From Massalongia carnosa (taxonomy: Eukaryota), in the NCBI GenBank assembly GCA_965645245.1, contig OZ287067.1, forward strand, positions 2,542,001 through 2,606,000: a stretch of DNA of 64,000 nucleotides, in the 5' to 3' direction. Both the position numbers and the translations under genes were made by a program. Positions 63,637 through 64,000 of this stretch are shown here, one piece after another. The notes beneath the pieces are model-generated. The model was not told the origin of the DNA, did not search any database, and saw only the letters and a list, made by a program, of their open reading frames with translations. Numbering within the stretch: the first letter of the stretch is position 1; every line of letters starts with the position of its first letter.

Positions 63637-64000
63637 TGTTATAGCTAACACACTATGTATTCAAGGACGAACGGAACGGTGATGCCGATGAGGGCAAATA
63701 TCGAAGGAAGGATGAGAATATATGCGTAGGTCTGCATTGAAGTTAATGATTATGTAAATCCTTCGTCATGCTAACTGACAAGCACGGAAGATTTAAAGAC
63801 ATAAAGGGCAAGGCGTCACGGCGCGGAACTATAAAGATGCCGATGCGACTTCCGATGTACTCCGGTGCTTGTATTCGATCTCCACGTCGAACTATTCCAC
63901 CCCCAAGATCGAATAAGAAGCTTTTCAAGATGTTCGCTTGTAGTTGTGGGGTGGGAAGAGAGAGTAAAAAGAAAGAACGCCTCTGTATGACGTCAGATCT

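Noticed and set aside
1..64000. CRISPR arrays, rRNA, prokaryotic operons or defence systems
   Set aside because: The sequence is intron-containing fungal DNA; no regularly spaced direct repeats or rRNA-like segments were seen.

Overview
Eukaryotic DNA from a filamentous ascomycete (Pezizomycotina-type short introns with CTRAC branch points), so the six-frame ORF track fragments most genes. About 20 protein-coding loci can be supported: a truncated 2-TM membrane protein, a BTB/POZ protein, a secreted A1 aspartic protease homologue with degenerate active-site motifs, a frameshifted Cys/His-domain coiled-coil gene, two tiny MCK-x4-RY-x-CxC genes, a full ABCA transporter, a secreted tyrosinase, a MARVEL-like protein, a GH71 alpha-1,3-glucanase, a Pca1-type P1B ATPase, SGT1, a QDE-1-like RdRP, a 5'-nucleotidase, a decaying PQ-loop gene, GTR1, URC4/DUF1688, YAR1 and a WW protein. 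At about 24.0-28.8 kb lies a compound island of dead transposons: a DD34E Tc1, a pogo/Tigger element, and a Tc1-like element with DD41E spacing interrupted by a 264-bp solo LTR with a perfect 5-bp TSD. No tRNA, rRNA or CRISPR array was seen. I found no clear-cut new multi-gene system. The best leads are the small Cys-protein pair, the protease pseudoenzyme, the DD41E transposase, the mutation spectrum in the transposons, and recurring skewed low-complexity islands at gene 3' ends. All family assignments are from motif recognition, not database searches.
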